Assembly (NCBI RefSeq): GCF_036321535.1
Contig: NC_087437.1
Coordinates: 96,598,001-96,662,000 of the forward strand
Origin: Camelus dromedarius
Taxonomy: Eukaryota
Reading direction: 5' to 3'
Length of the DNA stretch: 64,000 nt
Shown here: positions 1-13,700 of the stretch, piece after piece
How positions within the stretch are numbered: position 1 is the first letter of the stretch
Layout: the number at the start of each line of letters is the position of its first letter
Program-made: the position numbers and the translations under genes
Notes under the pieces: generated by a model
What the model was told of the DNA's origin: nothing
What the model saw: only the letters and a program-made list of their open reading frames with translations
The model's database searches: none

Positions 1-448
1 GAGGTAAAACAACTCAAATTTCCACCAGCTGATGAATGGATAAACAAAATGTAATAAATATCCATGCGATGGAATATTATTTAGTCATAAAATACATATT
101 GATACATGTTACAATACGGAGGAACCTCAAAAACATCTTGCTAAGTGAAAGAAGACAGACCAAAAAGGCCAATATATTACACATTGTATGATTCCATTTA
201 TATGAAATGTCTAGAACTGAAAAATTCATACATACAAAAGACAGATTAGTGGTTGCCAATGGCTGGGGCCAGAAGGGAATAGGCTGTGATAGCTAATCAG
301 TACAGGTTTTCTTTCTGAGGTGAGGAAAATATCCTAAAATAAGAAAGCAGTAATGGTTGCAAAACTGTGAAAGTATTTTTAAAAAATTGAATTGTACACT
401 TTAAAAGGCTGAATGTTATGGTATGTGAATTATATCTCAGTAAAGCTG
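1..448 (+). mobile_element. Old L1 3' end (L1MB-like)
   Basis: Typical motifs GATGAATGGATAAACAAAATGT, TGTATGATTCCATTTATATGAAATGTC, GATTAGTGGTTGCC and GGTATGTGAATTATATCTCAGTAAAGCTG. Confidence 0.85.
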
Positions 449-539
449 AGATATAAAGTAATCCATGACATAAAGAGTAATACTAATACCAATTTTCTAG
501 ACATTTGAGAAATTAGAATTGTCACATCAATTCTAAAGC

Positions 540-700
540 AATGCCTTTCATCTTCAATATGCCTCCAATTACCTGAGGATCCTGTTAAAATTAAGATTCC
601 GATCTAGTAGGTCTGGGGTAGGGTCTAATATTCTGCACCTGTAACATGCTCACAGGTGATGTGGATGCTGCTTGTTTTACTGGCACAATTGAGTAGCAAG
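540..700 (+). mobile_element. MER5-family hAT-Charlie non-autonomous DNA transposon
   Basis: AGTAGGTCTGGGGTAGGG...CAGGTGATGTGGATGCTGCT...TTGAGTAGCAAG resembles the MER5 consensus. Confidence 0.75.
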
Positions 701-710
701 CTCCTAGCAT

Positions 711-1016
711 GGCACTGTCCAGTATGGTAGCCACCAGCCACATGTGGTTATTGAGCATTCAAAGAGGAGCAGTTTGAATTAATATGTCTTGCAGGTGTAA
801 TGTAAGCACTGGATCACAAAGACTCAGCATGAAAAAAAGAATCTGCGGTATCTCATTAATAATATTTATACTGATTACATATTGATAAAAATTTGGATAT
901 TGTATTAAATATAATACTAAATTAATTTCACCTGTTTCTTTTTACCTTTTTAATAAGGCTCCTAGACAACTTCACATCACTTATGCGACTTACATTATAT
1001 TTCTCAGACAGAGCCA
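711..1016 (-). mobile_element. MER33-like hAT-Charlie element
   Basis: GCACTGTCCAGTATGGTAGCCACCAGCCACATGTGG at one end and AATTAATTTCACCTGTTTCTTTTTAC inside; about 305 bp. Confidence 0.8.
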
Positions 1017-2289
1017 ACCTAGTGTATTTTCTCAGTATCATCAGAAAACTGTGTTCCTGAAACTTAAAGGCCAATATCAGTATTAAGAAGGTTCTTACTT
1101 GTCATCAGTTGTAAACAGGCAGGCCATAGTTGTAGCACAAAAGTACTCTGCTGACTGAATACAGTGGATAAATAACAGGAATATACCCAAAATATTGTTG
1201 TACAGTGATTCTAAGAAGTGCTACCAAAAGCAGAGCAGAAGAAAATTATATGAAATGCACATGTTCAAATAATGTAATATAATTGAGTATTTTGCTGATG
1301 TTACAGTACTAGAAAGCAATATGTATACTAGAGCGTAGCAAAGTCAATGGCAAAAGAAATCTAAAGGACAGAACCTAAATGGGAGAGTTCCATGAAAATC
1401 AAAAAGATACTCATGGTAAATGATAAATTTTATGTATATGAACTATGGAAAGGCCCAATATGTATTGCTTAATTTATTCATCCTCATCTAAATATGTCAC
1501 TTGTAAATACAAATTTTAAAGCAAGACATAAAAGAAAGTACTGAGCTGAGCATGGAAAATAAAGTCTTTTTTGCTAATCTAAGATGCACTGAGTATTTAT
1601 ATTCGTAACTAAGCATAAAATAGAAATACTTGAGCATTATCACAAATGTAGTCAAAGACAAGCTGAACAGCAAATCAAAGTGTGATCTGTCAAAACAGTG
1701 TATGTTGACAGATAGTTGTCCACATAAAATTATGCCAGACATCCAAAAGAGAAGATTCACAAGGCACTCTTTCTGGCAAAGTGGATGAATGAAACCTTGA
1801 GGTTGTAACTAATCGCACTCTTAACGTCAAAATGGGCCAGAATGAAAAAGCAGACAGATAATACACAAAGGTAATAAGAACTTTAATTCACCTTCCATTT
1901 TTTTCATTTTCTTTAAGATTTTGGACTTCTGAAAGACACTCATTGAACTAAGTGATATTATACTTAAACACATAAATATAAAACATTGTTACTACTAAAG
2001 TCAGCACCAAAGTTAACTTTTAACAGAAAACTAAAAATAATAATTTTAAGTTTATGTGCTTCTTAATGATTACACATGTATGAAGTATATTCACTAATCA
2101 ATTTTACTGAAAGAAATAAATGACCCCTCATATTGCAGGTATATAATACTATCCTGACACACTTGGAAAAGGTATTCTAATAAGCAGGTCACACATTAAA
2201 CAACTAATGCCAGTAATATACAAACATTTCCTACTATTAAAGTTGATGAAGAGAGGAAGATATGCTGCATTGAGTGGGAATGATATGGG

Positions 2290-3020
2290 ACTTACTTTAG
2301 ACTGATGGGAAACAGGGACATGGTTAACGTAGGTATCCCTGGAGTGACTTAGAGCTGACATATGAAAGATGAGTAGAAGTTACATATGTGTCTATGGAAT
2401 TGAAAAATTGCTACAAACAAAAGACATAGCTTGATGAATTTATAAAACTTAAAATATGAGACTGAACCATACAGAGAAAGTATAATAAGGAGAAAACAGA
2501 CAGGAATCAGCCAACGAAAGTCCTTTTAAACAATAAGAAACAACTGAAGGTATTTATCTAGATTTCATTTTAATAGGTTGTTTAGAATATAATAAAGAGA
2601 AACACGAATTAGAAATTATAGTAGCCCAGGTGAGATATGATGGCTGTTTGATGGAAATGAGAGAAGTGGGATCATATGAGAGATTTCTACGAGGTAAAAT
2701 CCATAGGACTTGGTTCTGGATTGGATTTGGGGGTTAAGAGAGGAAAAGAGTAAAAGAGGCACAAGTAAATGGATGTCCTTCCTTGGGCCAGAGTACTTGA
2801 AGAGGGCCCTTTTGGATGTTGAGAGACATCATCATTAACATCTTAGACTTTCTGAGTTTGAAGTGCCTATGAGACATTTAAGAATAGTTGTCAAGTATAC
2901 AGTTGGAAATACGGATCTGCAGCTTAGCAGAATGACCTGTCTCAGAGACATAAACTTGGAGGTAATTGGCATACAGGTTATAATTAAAGTCAAGTATATG
3001 GATGAAATAGTTCAGGAAGC
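2290..3020 (-). mobile_element. Degraded L2 LINE fragments
   Basis: Purine-rich antisense L2 motifs (GCCCAGGTGAGATATGATGG, TGAGTTTGAAGTGCCTATGAGACAT, GACATAAACTTGGAGGTAATTGGCATA). Confidence 0.65.
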
Positions 3021-3052
3021 ACAAATAGGTTGGAAGAAGTACCAGAGATGTT

Positions 3053-3087
3053 AAAAAAAACAAACAAACAAACAAACAAACAAAAAA
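3053..3087. repeat. (AAAC)n microsatellite
   Basis: Read directly from the sequence. Confidence 0.9.
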
Positions 3088-6000
3088 CTTATTTCTCTAT
3101 TTACCTCAGTTGGAATAAAAACAATCTTCTTTTGATGGAGAATTCTTATTTATCCCTGAAGGCCCAGATAAATTATTATTTTATTTCTGTGCCATGTTCT
3201 TAACCCACTCAACTTCACTGAACATTTGTATACATAATTCTACTTTGGCTCATGTACTGTTGTAATAATTTTTCTATGTTCTTATATATACTTTTGAGGG
3301 TAATACATTATTAAAGGAAATAAGAACTAACTTCCAGATTGGAAATTTCATATATAAAGATATACTTTCTGTCTAGAGACTTAAACTACAACTAGTTTTT
3401 TTTTTTTTTTTTTTTTTGATAGAAAGATGGTAAGTTCTCTTCATATCTGAGGCTCGCTTTTAAAGTTTGGAGTGTCACATCTTCTAATAATAAAATTATG
3501 ACAATGAAATTTGATTTTAATTGGAAAAATAAACTGTATACTGTTAAAAACTCAATTGCGCTTGCAGCTCTAACTGGTAACTACTATGTCTTGAAAGCAT
3601 CTGTTTCTAAAGTTAATTAAACTTGACATTCACATGGTCAAATCCTTCCAACCATAGTTTCCAAATAATTTTCATTCCCTATAACATCCTGACATAGAAT
3701 CAGAGCCATTCTTGTTTTGATGGCATTGTTTTGTAATAAACCATCTTTGGGAAGTGGAAGGGTGAGGAGCTAGTGCCCTTATGCGAAAAAAATTAAATAA
3801 AAACCAAACAAACAAAAATAAAACCTCATTTCAGGATTCCATGGATATAGCCAAATCTTGTTTATAATTTATAAGGCTTTTCCAGCTTGGCTTTGAAGTA
3901 TGATTATCTACAGAGACTTTTTTCTTGGTCTCTGCAGAAAAGGAAGTGGGGGATAACCCACCTTTCCTAGCTATAAACATTTTATTCAACAATCGTCTCT
4001 TTTCTGATACATAAACAAGAAAGAAAAGAACCACAGCTTGAGAAAAAATGTTCCTCTTAACTTTCAAAGGCTTTTTTTTTAAAGTAAAAAGATGACCAAA
4101 AAAAAAATGACCTCAAATATGACAAGTTACTCATCTGTCCTTCACATACTACTACAAAGAATTTTTCTTTTGTTCTCAATGCAAATGGTCATTGGTTCAT
4201 TTTCTCTCACCCGGGACAGTTATGTCACATCTCTTGACTAATACGCATGCATTTACCACTAAAAGACATTTTAACTGAGAGCTGTCACATCCGTCATCTC
4301 CACTCGGCCTGGTTAAAAATTTTATCTGCCGTCTTGAATTAATTTCAGCTTGCCTGAGCCCAGCAGGGGAGTTTAGAGTGGTTTAGTTAAATTCTTCATT
4401 TTGAAAGAACGTTATGGTTCCCTATTTAGAGTATTCCTCCACATCTAATTTTTGTTTCACATTACTTAAACAATGATATAATTATATTTCCACTGAAAGG
4501 AAAAAAATAAAAAATCATCCAAGTGTGACATTTTCATGAGGAAGCATTTTCTTTTGCTTTGGTTTCTTCATCAATTTTCCTGTTATTTCACAAATTAGCT
4601 ATAACCCTGCCTAAACAGTACACAATTAAGAAGCAAATATGCAGAATTTAGAGAAAAAGCAAATGAGAACCAGAGCACTAATTGACAAAAGCAGGGAAAA
4701 AAGCAAAATAGAAATAAGGCCTAAACACCAAAATATTTAATACAGATCACAACTGGACAAGACTGAATAGAACCAAATCAACAATCTATTCTCCTTAAAG
4801 ATGTTGTTCAACAGTTTGCTTTTCGGGCAGCCAACACAGACCTTGGTAGGTAAGGAAGTTAAAGCTGTGAGTTGGAAGAGCGGGATGTCTGAAGCTGACT
4901 AGTGCCAACAAAAGTATCTAAATCTCCTATAAGCCAATCATGACCTGTGGGAATATAAGCCTCCTGTGACAAGTACTCAGCTCTGGACAAAAATGTATGC
5001 TTATAGGTTGCAAGTTGAATTTTCTGAGCATGAATATAGCTACTAAAAAACCCTAGTGAGGGCATGTGTAGATACTAATTCCCCAGCCAGGGTCGCTGGT
5101 CTACCTTAAATATTACTATCTATGTACATATGTTTGCAAAATATCATTAGAATTCACTGTATCTCCAAGCTTTAAATTAATGTACTTTGGTTAGTAGTGA
5201 TCTTAACACCAGACAAAAGGAATCAGCAGAACCACTGTTAAGTAACTATAACTCCAACACCCAACTTTCTCAGGCATTCTGTTAAAAAATCTCTGTGGGA
5301 GAGGATGAAGTACATGCTTTTTTACTTTTATTTAGTCAGGAGGAAGAAATTATATATTTTAATTAAGCTAAATTGGTAGTTTAAATGTTACATTAAATTT
5401 ATTTGTTAACCGTACACTATTCTATGAAATAGTCAATATTTTGTTTCATATTTAATGGCATTTGACATAATGAGATTTAATATTTGTAAGATCTCATCTA
5501 ATATGAATTATTTTGTGTCTGCACTCTCTAGGAAAAGTTGTGAAAGCTGCAATATCAGTAATCTCTTCTTAAGATTATCTTCACTTAATGCTGCATTAAA
5601 AATGCTTTTACTAAGGGCAAAGAATATGAGAAATGAATACACAGTAATTCTTTTGTATATTATTTCACTTACGTATGAGGAATAAGAAATAAGAAATTCA
5701 GATAGCTTTTTTCTTTTCTGTTAAACGTTGGGTGAGTAAAGATAGAAACAGTTTTCATGCAGATGTTACCAGAAGGCACAGGGATATATCTACTCATACT
5801 TGTGTTTCACCCATATCCAGTGTAGACAACGAGCAGTGAATCACACTATGTCCTCTGCTAAAACAGGCAATGCAATCTTGTGTTATTAAAATCCTTTTAA
5901 TCAATAGGAATGATGAAAGTGACTAAATCAAAAGTGGTAACTAAAATAGTTGATTGCAACGGGGTGAGGAGTGGGGGGAAAGCATTAAAGGAGGAAGAAC

Positions 6001-6834
6001 AAAACTGTTTTAAACCTATATTCTTTAAAGTTTACTAATTCAGCCATCTGGCAAGTTTACTGCTATTATTATAAATTCTTATTTAAATGATAATAAAATC
6101 ACTTGCTGACAGGAAATTAGTCATGCAAGGACCTGCAGATGCACTGCCTTCTGCCTAGACCCTGTAACTCTGTGTGCAAAGTTCAAGGCTGCTCATTTGC
6201 TCAAACCACATGGGGTAGTGAAATACTGACAGCTTTAAGTCTTTCAAGGTATTTCCCAAATTCAACAGATCTTTTATAACTTTTAGGGATGTAAGTGTGT
6301 GGGAGGGAAGAAGTGTGCATTTTAAATGTCAGATTCTCTCAAGTTATTTCATCTTTTCTTGTTAGACTAAATATTAAAAACCCAAAGGAAAAAGGATTTA
6401 TCAGTCTGTATAACTGTTGCACTAATTCTGGACACAATAAAACTAGAGTAAAGTGTGATATTAGCAATGATATTATGTTAATGGTTTCACTTTGGTTTGC
6501 TAGAATTGTTTTGTAAATTATGTATAATAGAAAAATATATCATAAAAACATTTTAACATACCAAACTGTGCTTCATACAGGAAATATTTCTATGGAACTT
6601 CTATTACTATGGCTACAGACTTGTTTTTGAAAGTGCTCTGTCCTCATAAAGAAAGTTTATTTAGTAAAGTAAGTATTTTATCTTATGGAGATGGTGGCTA
6701 ATTTTATATAACATCAATATTAAAAATAACACTACCTAATATAACCTAATTTATTTAACACATTATGATTTGGAAAAAAACACTACTATTGTGTTATTAA
6801 ATTTTCACCCTTCGAACACCTCTCAAGTGGGCAC

Positions 6835-6955
6835 CAGTTCTCCCTTTTTACAGATGAAAATACTGAGCTTCAGACAGATTAAATAAGCCACCCAAGGATC
6901 ACAGAACTGAGAAATACCAAAGGCAACAACTAGGCTCGGTCTTCTGATTCAAAGA
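6835..6955 (-). mobile_element. MIR SINE core fragment
   Basis: TTTTACAGATGAAAATACTGAG...CCCAAGGATCACAG, antisense MIR core. Confidence 0.7.
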
Positions 6956-9900
6956 CTAGAAAATAGGACATGTGATGCCTCAGCTAGTTGAAAAGAGTGA
7001 AAACTATATGTAAATAAGCCACACTTCAGCAAACAAGCTAAAAAAGAAAGCCAACAGTACTGTTTCTTATTAGGTAAATAACTTTTTTTAATATAAACAG
7101 GTGCTTACTGCATATAGCATGGATATGAGTCCACAGGATATAAATTTACTAAAAATTTCACCTGTATACATGCCTGAATTTCTTATTATTTCCTTGACAT
7201 GTTAGACTAATTGCTTTTTGCAATGAAATTATTTGAAGTTTTTAGGACAAGGTAACTTTAGAAAGGATCCCAGGTAACACAATTTCATCATCGTATTTAT
7301 AATTCTCTGTGTAACTGAAGAATACTGCTTACTGATAAGATAATCAAAATGAGTATTAACCTTGTTTTAACTAAACACCTTCCCTATTCAATTCTTGGAG
7401 GAAAAAAATGATCATTCCCACAGAGAAAGTTCATCTTTTATCAACCAAAACTGTCTGATCGTGCCTCCCCATCTCCCTACAAGCTGATTTTGGCTCTTCT
7501 GCAAGCAGTAATGAACTGCTTCTGACAGAGGCATCGCCCTTCCCCCCTTGCTTCACCCGCTGCATCTATTTAAATTCAAACACACACAGCTCATGTATAA
7601 GCAAACAGGTGCAGGGATGAGGGGGCTGCCAAACCCAGAGCAGGCAGGAGGTACATGTGTATCGCGCTGATTGGGGCACGCTACAGATAGAAGACGACAA
7701 GCCCAGACAATAGGGAGGGTCAGTAGGTGGCTCTTTGATTTCTTTGGCTTCCTGACATGGCAGCAGGCTGGGAGCCTGCAGCTTGTAGAGGAGCTAATGT
7801 TCTCTACCCTATAACATTTAAGTAGCAGGAATGAAATGTTTAGGTGACCTGAACAACAGCTTTCTGTATTTTCCAATCACTATCTACAGCAGCTAAGTGC
7901 GTGACAGTGCTACCCAGAAACTCAAAATACCAAAAGTCCTGAACCACTACCCACTCTTCCTCAGAATTTTCAAGAAACAAACAGCAATAAAGTCAGAGTA
8001 CATACAAACAAATGGACAAGCATGCTGCCATATTGTGAATGTTGAAAGAGTAGTAATTAAGAAAGAAGAATGTTGTCAGGTTGTTTATTGTTCATGTAGA
8101 AGTCATCCTTTCTATCAACACTTAAAACAACACAAATTTATGCCATAGTTTTTCAGGTCAGTCCATCAATAATTTCATTCAGCTGAGGAGCAGTCAAGGC
8201 AGGAAAATTATACCCTGAAGTCAGAAAAAGTGTCACCTTGTCCTATTTCATTTTAAAAGATCCATCATGGTTCTATAGTTTGCCTACTTTTAGAACATGG
8301 GAATATTTCAAAACACATAAAGTTTAAGCAACGTTTTATAACATTTTAAATTAGTGTCTCTAAATTTTTTAATGCAGCGTAGAGCTTTTAACCTCTATGC
8401 CGTATAAAAGTATATACCCTAAAACATACTACTTTTCCTTCTTCTCCTTTAGAAAAGAAGCTACAATAATCACAATAATATACTTGCAAATTCAAACATA
8501 TATTCTGTAACCATAATTGTTATAAGCAAAATGTCAAGTTTTCAAACATGTCTCCCATGAGTCAGTATTCACGTTATTTTATCTTAATACTTTTTAAGAG
8601 GTTAAGAGATCATGAATTTCTTTTGCTTAGAACTTTTTTGACTTCCTCACCTCCTGGAGAAATGAATTCTCTACATTATCTACGTAGCTCATGTTCACCC
8701 AGCTAAACTACAGTAGCCACTCTTCAGATAACTATTAAGGAGACTCCAGATTCTAAACCATTAAAGCCAATGAACTTCTCATATTCATTTTCATTTTAGT
8801 CAAAATACCTTCATTATACATGCTATTAATATTTAAAAGCAAATGGCAAAGGATAAATATTCCAGGGCCACTGACAGCTTCGTATTATGATCCATATTTT
8901 TACATTTAGAGAAATTAAAATAAGATAAAACAAATGCTCACAGATGTGTCTACTGCTCATTTTCATCATCATGCTCCACTGAACAAGGCATTAATAAATA
9001 ATTACTTCTAGGTTCACACTGTATCTGGTATTTGAGATCTGACCCTGATTGAGAACCAAATTACATCTAAGTTTATCACAAAACCATGTATATTGGAATT
9101 GATAAAAATTCTACTTACTTCCGCCACTTCTACCTCCTTCCCCCATTTAGCTTTTTATACTTCCTAAAAACAAGTGATACAGCTTCACATTAGAACCATA
9201 GTGCCATATACCTTGTCATATTTTTTCACCTGTAGAGTCCACTCAGATATGGATTACTATCTCTGATTCAGTATTTCATGTGAAGTTTACAAAGTGTAAA
9301 CAAATTGTTTTACATATTTTTCCTTTTCAAACAAGGTGATGTGTATATGTACTTGGATATTTATATATAGCATAGCATAGACAAATGAAATCTATTGTTT
9401 TAATCAGATCATGCTGAGAACACTGCCAAGCCAAATCATATCTAGAACATGTTCTTAAGAACCTGAAAATTTATGAGTCAAGATATCCCCAAATAAAATA
9501 TTCATGAGGAAAAATATGGGACCAATGATTACCAAGCCCATGATTATCATGTTAAAAAAAAAACAAAACTGTAAGTTCAATGGGATTTCAAAGGAGGAAA
9601 GGATCAATATGATCTGGATTTGTGTGAGAGTAAGGTTTGATAAAAGAACCACTATGTAATTTTCCTCTTGCAGTATGTTTAAGAGGGAAAGAAAATGGAA
9701 GGTAAGCTGGTTAAACAAGAAGGCACAGAGTCAGAAATAAACATTGACAAGTGAGAGCTTGAGGGTTTGGTCTACATACAGGAGGTACTTCCTGATAGGA
9801 ATTATGAAATGTGAGAGTCACATAAATAAGATGGGATCAGATCACGTAAGGAATTGAAAGTCAATCACTGAAGGGTTGTCTTTCTTTTTAAGTTAATCTG

Positions 9901-10484
9901 ACAGACAATATGCTTTAAGAAGAGCAAAATGTCATGCAGAAAGTAAATTTTTTAGAACAATTAAATTGTCAGTAAGTTTACAGGGTGGAATGGAGTAGCA
10001 AGAAGCCTAAAAAAATAAATAAGTGCTTCTAGGAATAGTTCAAATGTCTGTCATAGGGGAACACCAGAATAGTGAATATTAAAAAAAAAATAGACAGGAA
10101 ATGATGAATTATCAGAAAAATTCTGAAAGAATACCAATAGTTAGCTATCCAAGAATTTAGCAGAAATATGAGATATTGGACTGAAGTGGGGAAACACTCT
10201 TTTCTTCCTATTTTCTTTATCTAGGTTAAAACAATAGGTCTTCAATCCATGAGTATTAAGCGGAGCCAAAGAAGACACAATACATTATACTGATTTTATA
10301 ACAGGTATGAAATACAAAATGACGTTTGAAACTTTAAAAGGATGAATTGTATGGTATGTGAAAAATATCTTTAAAAAAACATATAAAAAATGGTGTCTAG
10401 GAGAGGAATTGCAAAATCATGATAAAACGGTATTGCTAGAAGTTTGTTTTTCTCTGCTTGCTTGTTTGCATTAAGATACACAAA

Positions 10485-10710
10485 GCCCAGATTCAAATCT
10501 GGTTTGCCAGGTCTCAATTAGTGTAACCTTAGTGAGTACACCTGGCCTTACTCATTTTGTTTTCCACCTGCATCATGACTGCTGAGGGCCAAGCCTCGTG
10601 CTGAATTTTGGGGCAACACTTCCCACCTGTAAAAACAGAGCTAATAACAGCACTTCCCTGAGTGACGATGAGGCCAGAACACAATTCTTCATGTACAAAG
10701 ACTTAGCTTA
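10485..10710 (+). mobile_element. MIR SINE, interrupted
   Basis: CCCAGATTCAAATCTGG...TGTAACCTTAG and TTCCCACCTGTAAAAACAGAGCTAATAACAG. Confidence 0.55.
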
Positions 10711-13700
10711 ATATTTGACCCACGTCAGGCTCTGGGAAAAGGCAGTTGCCTTCCGTGCTCCTATGGCTCCCGTGCTCCAGAGGGGGTCCCTTTAAAGGAA
10801 ATTCAGAATTGATAGGCCCTGTGCTCCGTGAAGGAGCTCATGGGTGAAGAGTGTGAGGAAGAGGTTAAAGGACAGAACTCCTCCCTCCATTAATCCTGGC
10901 AGGGAGGCCCAAGAACTGACTCGCCTGCTACTTGTATAATTTATTTTTTATCCCATGTGTATAAGCAACAGGCTGCAACAGCCAAAAATAAAAATAAAAA
11001 GGGCAGATGTTACAAAATCACCTGACAAAGCTACATTTTAACTTAACAATATCTCCTTTTTAATAAGTTAATTCCATTGAATTAACATTTTATTATAGTA
11101 ATATAGTTAATGTTTGGTTATCATACTGGCACTAAGAAAAAGTGTCAATTTGGGAAGAAATATCTCAGCCTACAAGTGACACATATATGTATTTTCAAGT
11201 TAGTGTGTATATCCTTAACCTTTGAACATATAATTAATTATACTTGTCTACACAAGTATATTTCTGCTACATATTCACTGTATTGGTATTATATTGATAT
11301 ATTGAAAATATATTAAGAGTTTATGACTTTATCAAATACATAAGAATATTGATTAGGTGTTTCCTCATTAGATTGATTCTCCTTTAGAAACAATCTTTAA
11401 ATTTAAATCTTTAAAATTGGACAAAGATTTTCCTCAGAATCTGAGTGTGTATGTGTGTGTGTGTATTATGTGTATGTATGTATATACACACATGTATATT
11501 TCTAATAGGTCTGACATACACATATGAGAAAGGAAGAGAAAGTAGGAGAGAGAGAGAGGAAGAGGCCAAGATTTTTCTGAGTTTTGACAGCTCTCTTCCA
11601 AATACTCACTGTTAAACTCGTAAGAATACACAAATGTGCTAACTGGGGCCTATGCTTTTAATTGATATATGGTCTTTAGTAATCTCAAAACTACATTAAC
11701 TGAAAAATTTTCCAGCTTCTTCAATCAGTAAAGAAGTAGCATAACACAGGAGGAGGGAGATACAGCAGTGTTAGCACAATTTCTGCAATAGAGGTTTACC
11801 CAAGGATGTGGCAGAAATGAAAAATCATTCATTCAGCAAGCCTGTTTGGTCTGCCTCTAATTTATCACAGCTTACATCTCTTGCCTGCCAGCAGAGCCGA
11901 ATTCATACGTTATTGTCCCAAACCTGTCACTTCCTGGGCTGCTTTTTAATCTTCCTCCCTGAATTACATTCAGAAAGGTCACTGCTATCCAATTAGAACC
12001 TTATCAAAGATGCACACGCAGTCCAGATTCACGCTTATGGAGAATGGGTCATAAATCCAGAAACTGCATATCACAAAATGCCATTACCATAATTGAATAA
12101 CTGAGGAGGGGATAAAAAAAAAGAAGGGACAAAACACCTGTATATTTGCCAGTCTTTGACTTCATTCTTGGAGATGTCATGGAAGGTGAACAATTGGAAG
12201 GTACGCAATAGGGCGATGGAGAGGAAAAGAAAATCAAAGCAATGGGCTTCAAGAGTGTCACTGAGAGCACATCACTGTGCCTGAAGACATGTATGTCTAA
12301 GGAGAATGACTGCAAATAAAACAAGTACACCTCTTCCAAGTAGCTTATGTATTGCACATTAGTATATAAAGGACAGAGCAAGCCCTCTTTGGCTAGAACA
12401 TGGAATTATATGTCCACAACTCATTATATTTCCACACAGACTTAAATTCTTAATAATCTGGGATAAATATTACTTGCTTTAAGGTTAGGTTAGATTTGTT
12501 CATTCCAGAAAACTTACCACACTTTCCTTTTAATCCTAAATTATCACACTGGGTCATAACTTTCTTGGAAAGTAATTTTTTTTTTTATTCTGAGACTGAA
12601 AATCTAACTCACAATTTATCACAACATACCATAGGTGACTCACTATATAACACTCATAGAATGCAGCAAATAAAAATTTTGATTTAATACGTGAGACGTG
12701 AGGAGGTAATTCTTTTTTTGATGTTTCCTCTAAGTTTAAGGTGTTCAGCATAATGACTTGACAGTAATGATTCACTGTACAGAAAGATTTATTACTTCCT
12801 AAGAAGAAGATAAAGAGGAATTTCTACAGGTTCTGTTCAAACAGAAAGCCCTTAAAGTATTCAAAATAAAATGACCCAAAGAATTTTAGGTAAATGTTTG
12901 ATGTAAACAGGAAGGCTCACTCTGAGTAGGTACTAAATTGGGACCCTGGGTTAAATTTTAATTTAACACCCTATTCTCTTAAATCAATTGGGATTATTGA
13001 AAGTGTGAGAAATTAACATGTTGACAGGAGTGTCATTTGCTCTGTTTGTTTTCAGGGTCAGTTACCAGCAGACTCAATAATGCATATTTCTATGAATGCT
13101 GACTTCAGGGAGACTGGGAGGTACTGCATAATTAAGTGTAAGTGAATCTCTGACATAGTCTGAGCAGTATACAAGCTTAATACCAAACTTCATAATGTAA
13201 AGAATATATCTCTCTCCTTACCCCTTCAGTGTTTAGTGAACTCAGTTGTGTGTCTTTATTCCTATAATGGTCCTAGTTGAGTTTTTAGTTCACTCAGAAT
13301 CTGGTTAGAAAAAAAAAACAAAACATTATTTGGCTCCCTCTCAGCATTAAAACATTTCATCTTCATCTAAAAAGCTAAGTTGGGTTCAGGAAAAAAATGC
13401 CACAATAAAAGTAAAACCTCTGTGTTTAAAGTACTACAAGGTCATACTGCTAACAGAAGCATTTGCATTCCATCAGGACGCTCATAGTCCATGTTTAACA
13501 AGTGGAATGAAACTGTCCAGTTGTGGAGCTTAAAATTATAAAAATCTCCTTAGAACTATATATCTGCAGCTGACAACGGCAGGACACACAGCCACTCTTC
13601 CTTCATTCCCTCCTGCCTCCAGTTTTCAGTGGGGTTTTGACTTTAAGCTGGTTACGAGGAAGAAAAATACACTCCCAGTTTTTTGATGTTGACAAGCATG

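Noticed and set aside
4359..4372. CTCF-like CCAGCAGGGGAG
   Set aside because: Lacks the GGC 3' core; too weak to call.
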